From Carcharhinus longimanus (taxonomy: Eukaryota), in contig JASCQW010000032.1 in assembly GCA_030264375.1 (NCBI GenBank), forward strand, positions 52,318,901 through 52,382,900: a stretch of 64,000 nucleotides of DNA. The letters are read 5' to 3'. The notes beneath the pieces were generated by a model, which was not told where the DNA came from, did no database searches, and worked only from the letters and a program-made list of their open reading frames with translations. A program made the translations under genes and the position numbers. Of this stretch, positions 1 to 12,234 are shown piece after piece. Each line of letters starts with the position of its first letter. Position 1 is the stretch's first letter.

Positions 1-200
1 AATTAAAATCTCCCATTACAACCACTCTGTCATGATTACATCTCTCCAGGATCTGTTTCCCTATCTGTTCCTCAACATCCCTGTTACTACTGGGCGGCCT
101 ATAGAAAACACACAGTAAAGTTAATGACCCCTTCCTGTTCCGAACCTCCACCCACAGATACTCTGTAGACAGTCCCTCCATGGCGTCCATCTTTTCTACA
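1..200 (-). mobile_element. CR1 LINE ORF2 endonuclease fragment
   Basis: Reverse strand translates to VFYRPPSSN...VVMGDFN (AP-endonuclease motifs). Confidence 0.75.
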
Positions 201-406
201 GCCGTGACACATTTGTATATGTATTTGTACATCGTTGAAAGTTCCCAGTGCAAGTATTTCCGCGAGTAATAATATCAAATAAGAGTTCTTCATGTTTTCA
301 CTGTATAAATCATAAGCCTGTTTTAGTATATTTCATAGAACAACACCCAGCAGTTATTGCTCTGCTACTTCCTACCCAGCTGTAGGCCCAAACCCAACAC
401 TGCATA

Positions 407-423
407 TCTCTCTCTCTCTCTCT
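407..423. repeat. (TC)n microsatellite
   Basis: tctctctctctctctct. Confidence 0.8.
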
Positions 424-515
424 GTCGGGGATCCGACAACACCAATGGTGCTTAAAAAAAAGACTTTTAAAATGTTCAAACATTTCTGAAAGGAAACACA
501 AGCCACTGAGCAGAC

Positions 516-800
516 ACTTACACCACCGGAACACGCACACTCGGACGGCCGGAGTTTTAAAGAGAACACGAATCTTTCACCTTTTTTGTCAACACTAACT
601 GAACATAGCACCGACCACTTGTAATGGCGTCTTCATGTGGGCGGCTGGTCAGTGCCACAGGAAGTAGATCACACATCAGTTCCGGCAGCGGCCATTCTGA
701 GGTCACGGAGGGGGCGGGCGGTCTGAAGAGGCGGGGTCACTGCTCTCAGGGCGGGCCGAGCAGCTGAGGTCTTTCTGACTCCGTACTGGATGCCCTCACC
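516..800 (-). promoter_or_regulatory. CpG/GC-rich promoter with probable non-coding first exon (donor after 522) of an unidentified gene running off the left edge
   Basis: Local CpG enrichment; several GC boxes (gggcgg at ~640, ~713, ~750), ETS cores (caggaagt ~658, ttccgg ~680), YY1-like aatggc on both strands; GT|GTAAGT donor on the minus strand at 516-521. Confidence 0.6.
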
Positions 801-939
801 AAACACTGGTTTCTTATTCACACTCTCGAGTCGCGGCATAGAAGTTAGTAAATTCATATTTTCAGATTTAATATTTAAAGCCATGATTTTTGAATTTCTG
901 GTCAGTGTCCCCCACACACCCAGGTCATCCAAAACCCTT

Positions 940-1076
940 CGGCCCTGAGGAAGGGTCATCCAGACTCGAAGCGTTGGCTCTATTCTGTCTCCACAGATGT
1001 TGTCAGGACTGCTGAGTTTCTCCAGCTTTGTCTGCTTTTGTTTCAGATTCCAGCATCCGCGGTATTTTGCCTTTTT
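940..1076 (+). mobile_element. Penelope-like element terminal repeat with degenerate hammerhead core
   Basis: ctgaggaagggtcatccagactcgaagcgttgg...cacagatgttgtcaggactgctgagtttctccagc...tttcagattccagcatccgc; related copies at 24730-24840, 36960-37110 and 59260-59350. Confidence 0.6.
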
Positions 1077-1387
1077 CATCCAAAACTCTGCTGTCCCTTC
1101 TTAATTTGCACAAAATTCCTGTTATTTTATTCCCTCACTGACCCACAATGGATCCCAGCTTTCCCCCCATATCCTTGTTCTTCTCTCTCTATAATCTCCT
1201 ACAACCCTCCAAGGTATCTGTGCTCCTATAATTCTGGTCTCTTGTTCCTCATTATACTTGCTTCAGTATTGGTCAGGGTGATTAGTGTAAAGGATTAACA
1301 GAAGGAATATGCTAATATGATGTAAATTATGATTTACATCAGTCAGTTATTAGATTTTTTTCAATAAAGAAACGTTGAAATAATGTC

Positions 1388-2348
1388 TCAGAAGAACAAG
1401 GCTACTCCAACCTGTTCAGATGTAGGACTAATAAACAAGTGTTAAGCAGGTATCAGAGTATGGCTACAGTCTTTTTAAGAACCAAATCCCATGCCTGGAA
1501 TCCAAAATAGAAGGACCCATCTCAGAATAGTGGCCAAGTCTGAGGAAATAAGGAATACTGCACCAACGGGAGTGGAGGCAAAAGTTGCTGGTAGAATTGG
1601 AAATGGGGATTGCTGGCAAGACTGAAAGGTGAGGCGGAATACTAGGTCCCTTCATGGCATTGCATATATGCTTTAATTCCAGATTGCTTTTTTGATTCAC
1701 CCGCCCCTCACCCCCAGAATACTCCATGAGCTGTTCCATACAGAACACCATATACTGCTCCCACCACACAAATGCACAGGTACCTATTCCAAACTCTGTT
1801 CTCCCCACATACTCATTAGCCCCTCTCCCCAAACCCCAAAACACATGACAGGCCTTCTAACTAAATCCTTTACTTGGGCTGCTGCCAGACTATCCACCTG
1901 AAACTATTGTCTCCCTGATCCCCACCTGAGATTCAGACCGCTTGACACCCAGACTGAGAGTCAGGCCTGTCTGATTCCTTCCCCTGAGATTCGGGCTACT
2001 TGATATCTTGTCCGAGAGTCAAGTCTCCCTGACTGCCCTCAGTCACCCCCGCCACTCCTGGGTGGTGGCCAAGTGGGTTGGTGCCCCAGCAACACATGCA
2101 CAGCAGCACATTGCATGTGCAAGCACCAATGATATCCAGTTCTACCAGCAACTTATGCCTCCACTCCCGTTGGTGCAGTATTCCTTATTTTCTCAGACTT
2201 GGCCACTATTCTGAGATGGGTCCTTCTATTTTGGATTCCAGGCATGGGATTTGGTTCTTAAAAAGATTATAGCCCTACTCTGATACCTGCTTAACACTTG
2301 TTTATTAGTCCTACATCTGAGCAGGTTGGAGTTGCCATGTTCTTCTGA
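1388..2348. repeat. Long inverted repeat: arms 1388-1604 and 2132-2348 (~217 bp, ~95% identical)
   Basis: Direct comparison of the arms (about 10 mismatches); the ORF track gives the same peptide (CLHSRWCSIPYFLRLGHYSEMGPSILDSRHGIWFLKRL) on opposite strands. Confidence 0.92.
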
Positions 2349-2469
2349 CATGTGATGAAGAGACTCCGAAATAGTCAATGAAATATGGGATAAATGGAGT
2401 TAAGAAATAGTACATAATTCAGGATAATTAGCTAAATTACAGCACAATCCATGATACAGAATGGTTGGT

Positions 2470-2710
2470 AATCCTGCCATTGGTGGCCACACCTTTAGTT
2501 GTTTCAACCCAAGATCTGAAATTGCCGTCTCTAACCTCTCTGCCTCCCTACCTCGCTTCCTTTAAGCCACTCCTTAAAACTTCTTTTCATCTCACCTAAT
2601 ACCTTATGTGGCTGGGTGTCACACTTTGTTGTGTAACGCTCCTATGAAGTGCCTTTGGACATTTTATCACGTTAACAGTGCCATATAAATAAATAAATGT
2701 CACTGTTGAT
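2470..2710 (+). mobile_element. L2 LINE 3' end
   Basis: cctcgcttcctttaagccactccttaaaac...gaagtgcctttggacattttatcacgttaacagtgccatataaat tail typical of vertebrate L2 ends. Confidence 0.55.
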
Positions 2711-2869
2711 GGTTTCCCATTGCCACCCTCAATTGGAAACTCAGCATGAGGACAACATGCGTTGCGCTTTGGTGCCTTGGGTGCCAGTTCAAGCCACAAT
2801 ACATCTCATATCAGGGCATTTAATCTTCAAATGTACCACCATGTTGCCCCCATAATGACTGATATTTTT

Positions 2870-3065
2870 ATTTATGACTTGGACTTGGGTGACAGAGCAT
2901 AATATCCAAATTTGCAGATGACATTAAAGTAGGAAATATAAGCAGTGAAGATGGTGGACTCTCCCTAAAACATTCTTTAGTCATCAATTGGCATACTCTG
3001 TTCAATGGCACCACACTTTAAGAAGGACGTTAAGGCCTTAGAGATGGTGCAGATGGTTAGATTAT
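2870..3065 (+). mobile_element. CR1 RT fragment
   Basis: ISKFADDIKVG; later ccacactttaagaaggacgttaaggccttagagatggtgcag (PHFKKDVKALEMVQ). Confidence 0.65.
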
Positions 3066-3089
3066 CTTTTTGAGACAGTCATTGCAAAA

Positions 3090-4600
3090 CACTTGTATGG
3101 GGTGAATGTTATTTGCCAATTAGCAGCCCAAGTCTGAATGTTATCCTGGTCTTGCTGCATTTGGGTATGAACTGCTTTATTACCTGAGGAGTTGTAAATT
3201 GTCCTAAACACGGCAATCATGAACAAACATCCCCAGTTTTGACCTTATAAGGGGAAGAATGTCGTTCATGAAGCAGCTAAGGGTGTTTGGGCTGAGGACG
3301 TCACTGCATGTGTTTCTCAGGGTATGCCCTGGGAATAAGACAAATGGTCTCCAACAAATACAACCATCTGCCTATGTGGTAAATATGACTTCAGACTGTG
3401 GAAGTTTTTCCTTGGTTCCCACAGACTTCAATTTTGTGTTCTTGGATGCCACCATTGATATCAAGTGCATTCACTCTCACCTAATCTCTGGAATTTGGCT
3501 CTTTTGTCCATGTTTTGATTAAGACTATAATGAGGCAAATGGTCCTAGTGGAAGCAAAATTTAAGGGAAGCCTGTTGGTAAATATCATTTGATAGCACCA
3601 TCAATGACACCTTCCATAATTTTGCTGCTAATTGAGAGTAATGTGGTGGTAATTGGTCAGTTTGGATTTGTCTTGTTTATCGTGGAAAGGACACACTGGG
3701 GCAATTTTTCACTTGGTTGGATAGATGCGAGTGAATTACCTCTATTGGGGTAGCTTGGTTGATTCTGGAGCACAAGTTTTAGGACTACAGTTGGGACGTT
3801 GTCAAGACCAAAAGCCTTTGTTGTATCCAATGCATGTAAATGTTTCAATATCTGTGGAGCGAATTGAATGAAGAGCGGTGTCCTTGATGATGGGGATCTG
3901 AGGGAGAGGCCGAGATGCATCATTGACTTGACACTTCTAGCTGAAGATAATTGCAAACTCTTGTCTTTGGCACCTATGCAGCGTTCTGCTATCATTGAGG
4001 ATGTGGATGTGGATGTTCGTGGAACATCGTCCTCCTATTAGTTGTTTAATTGTCCACCACAACTCCAGGTTGGATGTCACAAGATTGCAGTGTTTTCAGC
4101 TGACCTGGGGCAGCCTGGTTTGTTCTTAGCTTTGTCTATAGCATCCCTGGTTTAGCATACATGTAATCCGATGTTGCAATATAAGGCATATTCCTGGACT
4201 GTTCTTTTACACTCCTTAAAGAACTTGATTTGATAATAACGGTAAAGTGAAGAATAGGCTAAGCCATGAGATTAGATTGTAGAGGAATACAGTTCCCTCT
4301 CTGCTAATAGTCCACAGAACCTCATGGGGGAATCATTGTTGAGCAGCTCGTTTGGTTCTGAATCCAAACCATTTAGCACGATGGCAGTGATACACAACAG
4401 AATGGGCCAGTAGCACTTTTCAGTCCCACCAAAGTCAATGGATCTTTGAATGGTTCACTGCATTTCATGGACCCGCCACTGCCTCATCAGGACAATGAAA
4501 TTCTACCCAATGTCCTTGTAGCCACAAGGACTGTGTGGTGATCACATCTATCAATTTTCTCAAGGATGGATGCATTGGCAACAGATAGGGTCAGATAAGT
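3090..4600 (-). mobile_element. Decayed CR1/L2-clade LINE ORF2
   Basis: LDTTKAFGLDNVPTVVLK (KAxGPD motif) in ORF 3657-3995; DHHTVLV endonuclease end; many stops. Confidence 0.6.
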
Positions 4601-4614
4601 TTTCCTGTCAAAGA

Positions 4615-4916
4615 ACCTATAGTGCAGAAGTAGGCCGTTTACCCCAGAGAGCCTGCACCAATAACAATCCCACCCAAATCCTATCCCATAACCCCATTGA
4701 TTTACCCTCCTAATCCCCAACACTGGGATCAATTTTATCATTGCCAATCAACCTAACCCGCACATCTTTGGACTGTGAGAGGAAACTGGAGCATCCGGAG
4801 GAAACCCATGCAAACAAGGGGAGAATATGCAAACTTCATAGTCACCCAAAGCTGGAATTGAATCCGGGTCTCTGGCGCTGTGAGGCAGCAGGGCTAACCA
4901 CTGTGCCACGCTGCCC
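4615..4916 (-). mobile_element. HE1-type (V-SINE) tRNA-derived SINE
   Basis: Reverse complement of ggcagcgtggcacagtggttagccctgctgcctcacagcgccagagacccggattcaattcc (A/B boxes) plus V-domain tccaaagatgtgcgggttagg. Confidence 0.85.
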
Positions 4917-5030
4917 TCTCAAGTTGGCCCNNNNNNNNNNNNNNNNNNNNNNNNNNNNNNNNNNNNNNNNNNNNNNNNNNNNNNNNNNNNNNNNNNNNNN
5001 NNNNNNNNNNNNNNNNNNNNNNNNNNNNNN

Positions 5031-5480
5031 TTCATAGAGAAGGAAATGAGAGAGTGCAGATTGTAGTGTTACAGTCATAGCTAGGTTGTAGAGAAAGATC
5101 AACTTTATGCAAGGTAAGTCCATTCAAAAGTCTGACAGCAGCAGGGAAGAAGCTGATCTTGAGTCAATTGGTACGTGACCTCAGACTTTTGTATCTTTTT
5201 CCCAATGGAAGAAAGTGGAAGAGAGAATGTCTGGGGTGTGTGGGTCCTTGATTATGCTGGCTGCTTTTACAAGGCAGCGGAAAGTGCAGACAGAGTTATT
5301 GGATGGGAGGCTGGTTTGTGTGATGTACTGGGCTTCATTCACAATCCTTTGTTGTTCCTTGCAGTCTTGGGCAGAGCAGGAACCATACCAAGCTGTGATA
5401 CAACCAGAAAGAATGCTTTCTATGGTGCATCTGGAAACGTTGGTGTAAGTCACAGTGGATATCCCAAATTTTCTTTGCCA
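5031..5480 (-). mobile_element. Rex1/Babar LINE 3' fragment
   Basis: [38 protein letters not shown]; same family as 17.5-19.5 kb. Confidence 0.8.
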
Positions 5481-6324
5481 TGGAAACCAAATTTAACAGC
5501 AAATGCCATAAGTCATCTATGAACAATGGACTCCTAGCATTAGAGTTATCAGACAAGTATACTGGCTGCCAATATGTGCTGCAGTTAATCTGGGTGACTA
5601 TGTCAGAGACATAAAATTCCTTTACAAGGCAGCAGCTCAGAGTTTTGCCCTCCAGCCATGTGTTCTGAAAGATTAAATGCATGTTGCCTGCCTGGAATAT
5701 AAATAAACTGTTGCTAAATCTTTTAACACCAAATAATAAGCCCAGTAAATACAATAGTTCATCACACTCAATTTATGCATCCTCCACTAATTTTTATATT
5801 GAAGAATTAAACTTCATTGCAAGATACATGCGCAAAAGGATATAGAAGAACAGTGAGAAAAAAGATCAATTTCCTTAGGGTGCATTATGTATTTTGTATC
5901 TGCATTTCTTATATAAGCCTTTGCTACTTTCAATTTAGAGTCTGTCTTTGGTCGACTGGCTTAAAGCCTCGGCAGACTGCTCTCAGACATTGAGAAAAAC
6001 ATTAGCAAGTTATGCGGTAGGTTTCACATCCCAAGAGATTTCATAGACTTTGTACCCATGCAACCAGCTAACCACCCAACCATGACCCTTGTTACCATCA
6101 GAGCACACTGCAGCTTCATTCAGTGTGCTTCAGACTGAAAGCTTATAGAGCAGGTCTGCACTTTCCAGTCCTAAACTCCAGCCCAAAGGCAACAGGCCTT
6201 TGGCTGGTCCATCAAGTTTTCTGTCCCGCCAGTAATGATTTACACAATGGGCAGGACTGGAAAATCCCAGCCCAGGAGTCAAACCAAGATCCATCCCCAA
6301 CCTATGAGATTAAATAATACCACA

Positions 6325-6730
6325 TGATTTGATTTATTATCGTCACGTGTATTAATATGCAATGAAAAATATTGTTTCTTGTGTGCTATATAGGCAAAAC
6401 ATACTGTTCATAGAGAAGGAAAGGAAGAGTGCAGAATGTAGTGTTACAGTCATAGTGAGGGTGTAGAGAAAGATCAATTTAATGCAAGGTAGGTCCTATC
6501 AAAAGTCTGATGACAGCAGGAGAGAAGCTGTTTTTGAGTGGGTTGGTACGTGTCCTCAGATTTTTGTATCTTTTTCCCGATGGAAGAAGGTGGAAGAGAG
6601 AATGTCTTGAGTTGCTTAATTATGCTGGCTGCTTTTCTGAAGCTGCGGGAAGTATAGACAGTGTCAATGGGTGGGAGGCTGGTTTGAGTGATGGACTGGG
6701 CTTCGTTCACGATCCTTTTGTCGTTTCTTA
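6325..6730 (-). mobile_element. Rex1/Babar LINE 3' end
   Basis: NEAQSITQTSLPPIDTVYTSR, family 3' UTR and (atcaa)n-type tail at ~6326. Confidence 0.8.
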
Positions 6731-7094
6731 ACTTTGTAGTTTATAATTTTGGAGTCAGGTTAAGGGACAGGGGAAAAAAAATTAATTGAGTTTAACTTCC
6801 ACTCGATATGTTGAGGGTCAGGCAAAACCACTGATGCTCTCAATTATTTTGCTGACTATTGCTATAACTTTAATTGTCTACGATTGCTATAACTACTATT
6901 GCTTTAACTTTGTCTACGATTGAATGGGGAAGCTTAAACTTGGTACAAGCAGAAGTCGCTTAGTTGAGCTTTGAGTAAGGAAGCAATTACCTGTTTGTTA
7001 GCCGTTCCTGAGGGCTTGGTATTATCCGCAGATTTATTTACATGTGTGAAAAATGAGTTGCCTTTCAATTTCTCACTCCTCCGTCTCTCTGAAA

Positions 7095-7265
7095 GCAAAA
7101 AGAAGCTACATTTCTATAGCGCCTCCGGAAGCACCCAAAGCACTTTGAAGCCAATTAAGCACTTTTTGAGGCCTAGTCGCTGTTGTAATGGAGGAAGCGC
7201 AGCAGCTAATTTATACACAGCAATCTCTCTCGCACTGCAATGTGGTAATGACCAGATAATCTAAT
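7095..7265 (-). mobile_element. Old SINE with L2-type tail (SacSINE1/DeuSINE-like)
   Basis: catttctatagcgcc...caaagcacttt...gtcgctgttgtaatg...aatgtggtaatgaccagataatct resembles the recalled shark Deu-SINE. Confidence 0.45.
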
Positions 7266-7654
7266 CTGGTGAGCAGCTGGACTCTCGGTGAACCTTCTGT
7301 CACATGAAGGTCTATACCGAGGACTAGATTTTTAAAGTTTACCTCATCGAGCTAATTGAGCAACCGTGCCCAAAGTTTCCTGGACTGAATAGCAACTGTT
7401 AATGTCGTAGAATGCTCCCCACCCCCCTGCCAAGGCGCTTCAGTGGCACCTTGTCAAATACAGTTTGAATTCTGAGCTGTGTAATGAGATATCGGGACAG
7501 ATGGCCACAGAGCTAGGTATTAAGGTGAGACGTTTCAGAGGAGAGAGAGAAGAAATTCCAAAACCTCGAGACCAGGCGGCTGAAAGTATAGCTATAATGA
7601 CTCGACATGTTGGGAGCAGATTCAACACAGTAACTTCAGGCAAAAAATTAGATC

Positions 7655-7822
7655 TTTGTGCACAGGTTTGGTCCCCTTAGTTGAGGAAGGATGTAGTGGC
7701 ATTGGAGGCAGTTCAGAGGAGGTTCACTTGGTTGATTCCAGAGATGAGAGGTTTGTTTTATGAAGAGAGACTGGACAGTTTAGGCCAATACTGTCTGGAA
7801 TTTAGAAGAATGAGGGGAGATA
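7655..7822 (+). mobile_element. CR1 RT C-terminal fragment
   Basis: WSP*LRKDVVALEAVQRRFT...YEERLDSLGQYCLEFRRMRGD. Confidence 0.8.
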
Positions 7823-7828
7823 GAATAA

Positions 7829-8150
7829 AATCATAGAATCCTACAGTGCAGAATGAGGCCATTTGACCCGTTGAGACTGCACTGACCACAATCCCACCCA
7901 GACACTATCCCCATAACCTCCTGCATTTACCCTAACTAGACCTCCTGACATTAAGGGGCAATTTAGCATGGCCAATCCATCTAACCAACACATCTTTGGA
8001 CTGGGGAGGAAATCAGAGCACACGGAAGAAACCCATGCAGACATGGGCAGAAAGTGCAAACTCCGTACAGACAGTGACCCGAGGCTGGGAATTGAATCCG
8101 GGTCTCTGGCGCTGTGAGGCAGCAGGGCTAACCACTGTGCCATGCTGCCC
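7829..8150 (-). mobile_element. HE1-type V-SINE, full length
   Basis: tRNA head, V-domain and CR1-derived tail (gattctatga). Confidence 0.88.
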
Positions 8151-9989
8151 TCTCAAGTTGGCCCTCTTACCATCTGCCATTGTCCCTGTTTGATAGCTAA
8201 GTTCTTCACAACCTGGTCAGCTCAGTCATTAGTGATGCTATTGAGCAACTCTTTATTATGGACATTGAAGGCTCCATCCCACAACGTATTCTGCATCCTT
8301 ACTACCATTGGTGCGTCTTCCAAATTATGTTCAAAATGATAATTCAGCAGCTGAGGGAGGGCAGTAGGTGGTAATATGCATATTTCACCTAATGTCATGA
8401 CATTTCAGGGTGGCTGTAGTCAACGTTGAGGACCAGGGTTATTCTTGACTGTACTGTATTGTGCTGCCATCTTCTAAATGGCTATTTGGCTCTGGATATT
8501 GACTGAAAGGTACAATTCTGTTTAGTATTACCATGGTCAGGCTGTTTTTTGATTAGTCTGTAGGAGAACTTTCCCTTTGGCACAATTTCCTATATGTTTT
8601 TAAGTAAGATTTTGCAGAATGGACTCTGCTTTTATCATTTTCAGTGCCAAGGCCAACACCAACTTGTCCTTCAGGCTTTATGAGGAAACAGCCTTAATTG
8701 ACAATTCTTTCAAACAGCCAACAGATGCAAATTGCCTCCTTCTCTGTGGCATTATTTCTCTTGGACCATTCTTATGTTAGTGGGAGTCAATGGGCTACAT
8801 GGTCTCTCATTTATATAAAGTAGGCATAGTTCCAGTTTAGTGAATTCCCAGCCAGGTTATCAGTGTGGAACCCTCTGCTTTAAACTAGGAACGCAGCCAG
8901 ATTTGCAGCAAAAAATTAATGTATTTAAGCAAGGGAGATCTCCACTCTGCAAAGCTGAGGCAACAGCATGGAGGTTTAATGATGAGCTGAACAGAGTTGT
9001 AAGGATCTCAGAGTCATAAGTTTAGTTTTAATTGTACTAATATAGTAGCAGTTGTGTATCTCTCATACTCAAGGACGATAGTGCAAACAATGTAGACAGC
9101 ATAAGTTTATGATAGACATATACGTTTGGTGACTGCAATGCAAGAAACGGCAAACATCGTCTACCGCAAACCTCACAATCATGCTAGTAGAAGTGGGATT
9201 TCTTTTGGGTTGGGGAGTGGCGGTTGTTGCTTCGAACTTTTGAGATTGGCGATCCTCCATTCACCAAGGGAAACAAAGAATAAAAAGGGGCCAAAGAAGC
9301 AAGCCAATGTCAAAAAAGGAAACATTTAATAAAAACACAAGAAGCAAAACATAAACGAGTACACTTCCTCTGACTGAAGAAATTTCTCAATCTCAGTCCT
9401 ACATAATTGACTCCTTATCTTGAGACTCCACCCCCATGTTTTCGATCCCCTAGCCACGAGAAACAATCCTTCAGTATACATCATGTCAAGCGCCTTTGGA
9501 ATCTTACATTGTTCAATGAGATCACCACTAGAAAGCAGTGAAACTAAAAAAAAACACCGAAGATAATAAATTAACCAAAAAAGGCCAAACAGGAGAAAGA
9601 CTAAACAGCAGTATCTGACAGATGTAAAAATATGAAAGCTATAAAGAGTGCTTATGTCAGTTGTTCATAAGAACGCCATCTCCAACACAGGGAGAAAAGT
9701 ACAGACATAAGTGGGGGAAATTTTGAAAGAAATTGGACTGTATTAGATAAATGAGCTGTCAGAACTTAGTAACACAGCTTTATTAACTTTGAACCTTGTG
9801 AGCAGATGATTTGGGAATAAAGCTGGAGACTAGAATAACAAGGAGCCACATAATCATGTTGTGAAGGCAAGTGTTGACTAAAAACAAATGAGTACAGGAT
9901 GGGTTAAAGTTTGCAAAAGTGAAAAGTAAAAAAAACTTGAAAAATTAACCCTGAAATTATATTGAATAAAAGTGAATGAGAATTATGAG

Positions 9990-11590
9990 TTGGAGTCATA
10001 TCTAGTACAAAAGGAAGATGGTTGTGGTAACTGGAGATTAATTATCTAATTCCAGGACACCTCTGCAGGAGTTCTTAGGGTAGTGGCCCAACCATCTTCA
10101 GCTGCTTCATCAATAGCCTTCCTTCCATCATAAGATCAACTATGACAGTTGTATAGTGTCCAAAACTATTCATAACTCCTCAGATACTGAAATAGTCCAA
10201 GGCCACATGCAACAATGCTAATACAACATTCAGCCTTGGGTTGATACGTGGCAAGCAAAATCTGTGTCACACAACTGCCAAGAAACGGTCAGGAATATCT
10301 CCGACGAGAGAGTTAATCATTTTTCCTGTTCAATAGCATTACTATTGTTGAACTCCCCCACCATCAAAATCCTGGGGTTTTCTGTTGTTCAGAAACTTAA
10401 TTGGATTAACCATACAAATATTGGAGCTGCAAGAACAGATCCAAAACTGAACCCAAGAAATAGGAGTAGACCATCCAGCCTCTCATATCTGCTCCATCAC
10501 CTCAGCTCCACTTTTCTGCCCATTTACCATATCCTCTGATTCCCTGAGGGACTAAAATTCTGCCCCCTTCAGACCTAAATGTCCTCAATGATGGAGAAAC
10601 AACACTGCTCTGGATAGAGAATTTCAAAAATTCACAACCCTTTGAAGGAAGAAAATTCTTTTTATCTCAATCCTACATAATTGACCCCTTATCCCGAGAC
10701 TATGTCCCCATGTTCTAGATCCCCCAGCCAGGGGAAACAATCTCTCAGTGTCTTATCTTGTCAAGCACTTTCAGAATCTTATGTGTTTCAAGGAGATCAC
10801 TTCTCATTCTTCTGAACTCCAGACAGTATAATTCGTTCAGCCTCTCAGCATTGGAGATCTCTCATGCCAGGAACTAATCTAGTGAACTTTTAATATTCTG
10901 CCTCTATGGTAAGGATATTCTTCCTGAGATATGGAGACTAATAGTGTACATAGTATTCCAGGTGTGGTCTCACCAAAGTCGTATTCAACAGTAGCAAGAC
11001 TTCCTTATCCAGTATTCCAATTCCCTTAAGAGCAAAGCCCAACATGCCATTTGCCTTCCCAATTTTTTCCTGGTAAATCTGCAAGAAGTATTTCACCTGC
11101 TGATGCCCAATAATTTGTCCATCATCTACAAGATGCAAGTCAGGAGTCTGACAGAATATCTTCCATTTGCCTGGATGACTGCAGCTCCAACAATCCAAGA
11201 GGTTTGATACCACCCAGGACAAAGCAGTGATCAGCACCATTCACCATCTTAAACATTCATACTGCGTGGAAAATGGCAGCAATGTGTATTCCCATCTACA
11301 AGATGCACTGCAGAAACTCACCAAGCCTCCTTCAACAGCACTTTCTAAACACTTGAGGTCTATTACCTAAAGAACATGGACAGCAAACACATGGGCACAC
11401 AACAACCCCTGAGTTCTCCTCCAAGTAATCTCGACTTCACTGTCGTCAGGTCAAAACCCTGGAATTCCCTTCCAAATACCACATGGACTGCAGTGATTCA
11501 AGGCAGCAGCTCACCTCACTTTCTCAAGGGCAATTAAGGGAAGGCCACAAATGATCTGGCTATTGATACTCAGATCCCGTGGACAAATCA
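9990..11590 (+). mobile_element. Decayed CR1-clade LINE 3' portion interrupted by an antisense CR1 (~10455-11070)
   Basis: gcaggagttcttagggtagtggcccaaccatcttcagctgcttcatcaat (GVPQGS-like) and the family 3' end; nested minus-strand CR1 encodes KANGMLGF...TTLVRPHLEYYVHY. Confidence 0.65.
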
Positions 11591-12234
11591 GAAATAAAAT
11601 GTCCTGAAAGTCAGTATTGCAAACTGCAATACTGTACTCGACTGGACAGTTTGTACAAGGACAGAATTTGCAGTTCATTGAGAACATGGTTGCAATGGAA
11701 TCTTTGCTTAGCAAAATTGAACCATGAATGTGGTAAAAACCTGCTCCACAGGATGATGGGTTGTTTGCCTAGAACTAGAGCAGCAGTGAAGAAAAGTGAG
11801 AAGGGATATTTGTATGGACAGGATAGGCCCAAAGATGGTGGGCTAAGTATGCAAGCAATATTTGAAAAAAAAATCAATACATAAGCCTTGGACATCACAA
11901 ACACGAGGATTTCTATAAAATTTACAGGTAGCAGGTACCATTTATCTAATTGAAGATGTAAACGAGTAACCGCTAAACAAAAGGATACTGTCATCAACCC
12001 CTAAGAAGGTTTTCAAAATAAAAAAGGACTGGTACAAGAGAGGCAAGTTATTCCTAAATCAATAGGCCTAAAAGGAACATTGAAGCTACACCTGAAAATC
12101 ATTTATATTAGGGAGGTGGTTGAAAAGGGAGAGGAGTAAACAAACAACGAATATCTTTCAACTCAGAGACATACATGCATTGAAGACCAGATGTGGTCAG
12201 ACACTGGGCGGGGGCGCGCAGATGTGAAAGGAGG

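Noticed and set aside
669-1079. 136-aa minus-strand ORF
   Set aside because: Starts inside a Penelope-like repeat and runs through promoter sequence; no recognisable protein
1464-2272. Two ORFs sharing a ~45-aa peptide
   Set aside because: By-product of the inverted repeat; no coding signature
4855-4930. Near-identical SINE head plus unique flank (ctgccctctcaagttggccc) at 4.9 kb and 8.15 kb, suggesting a segmental duplication
   Set aside because: The first copy ends exactly at an N gap; most likely the assembler extended through the SINE into the other copy's flank
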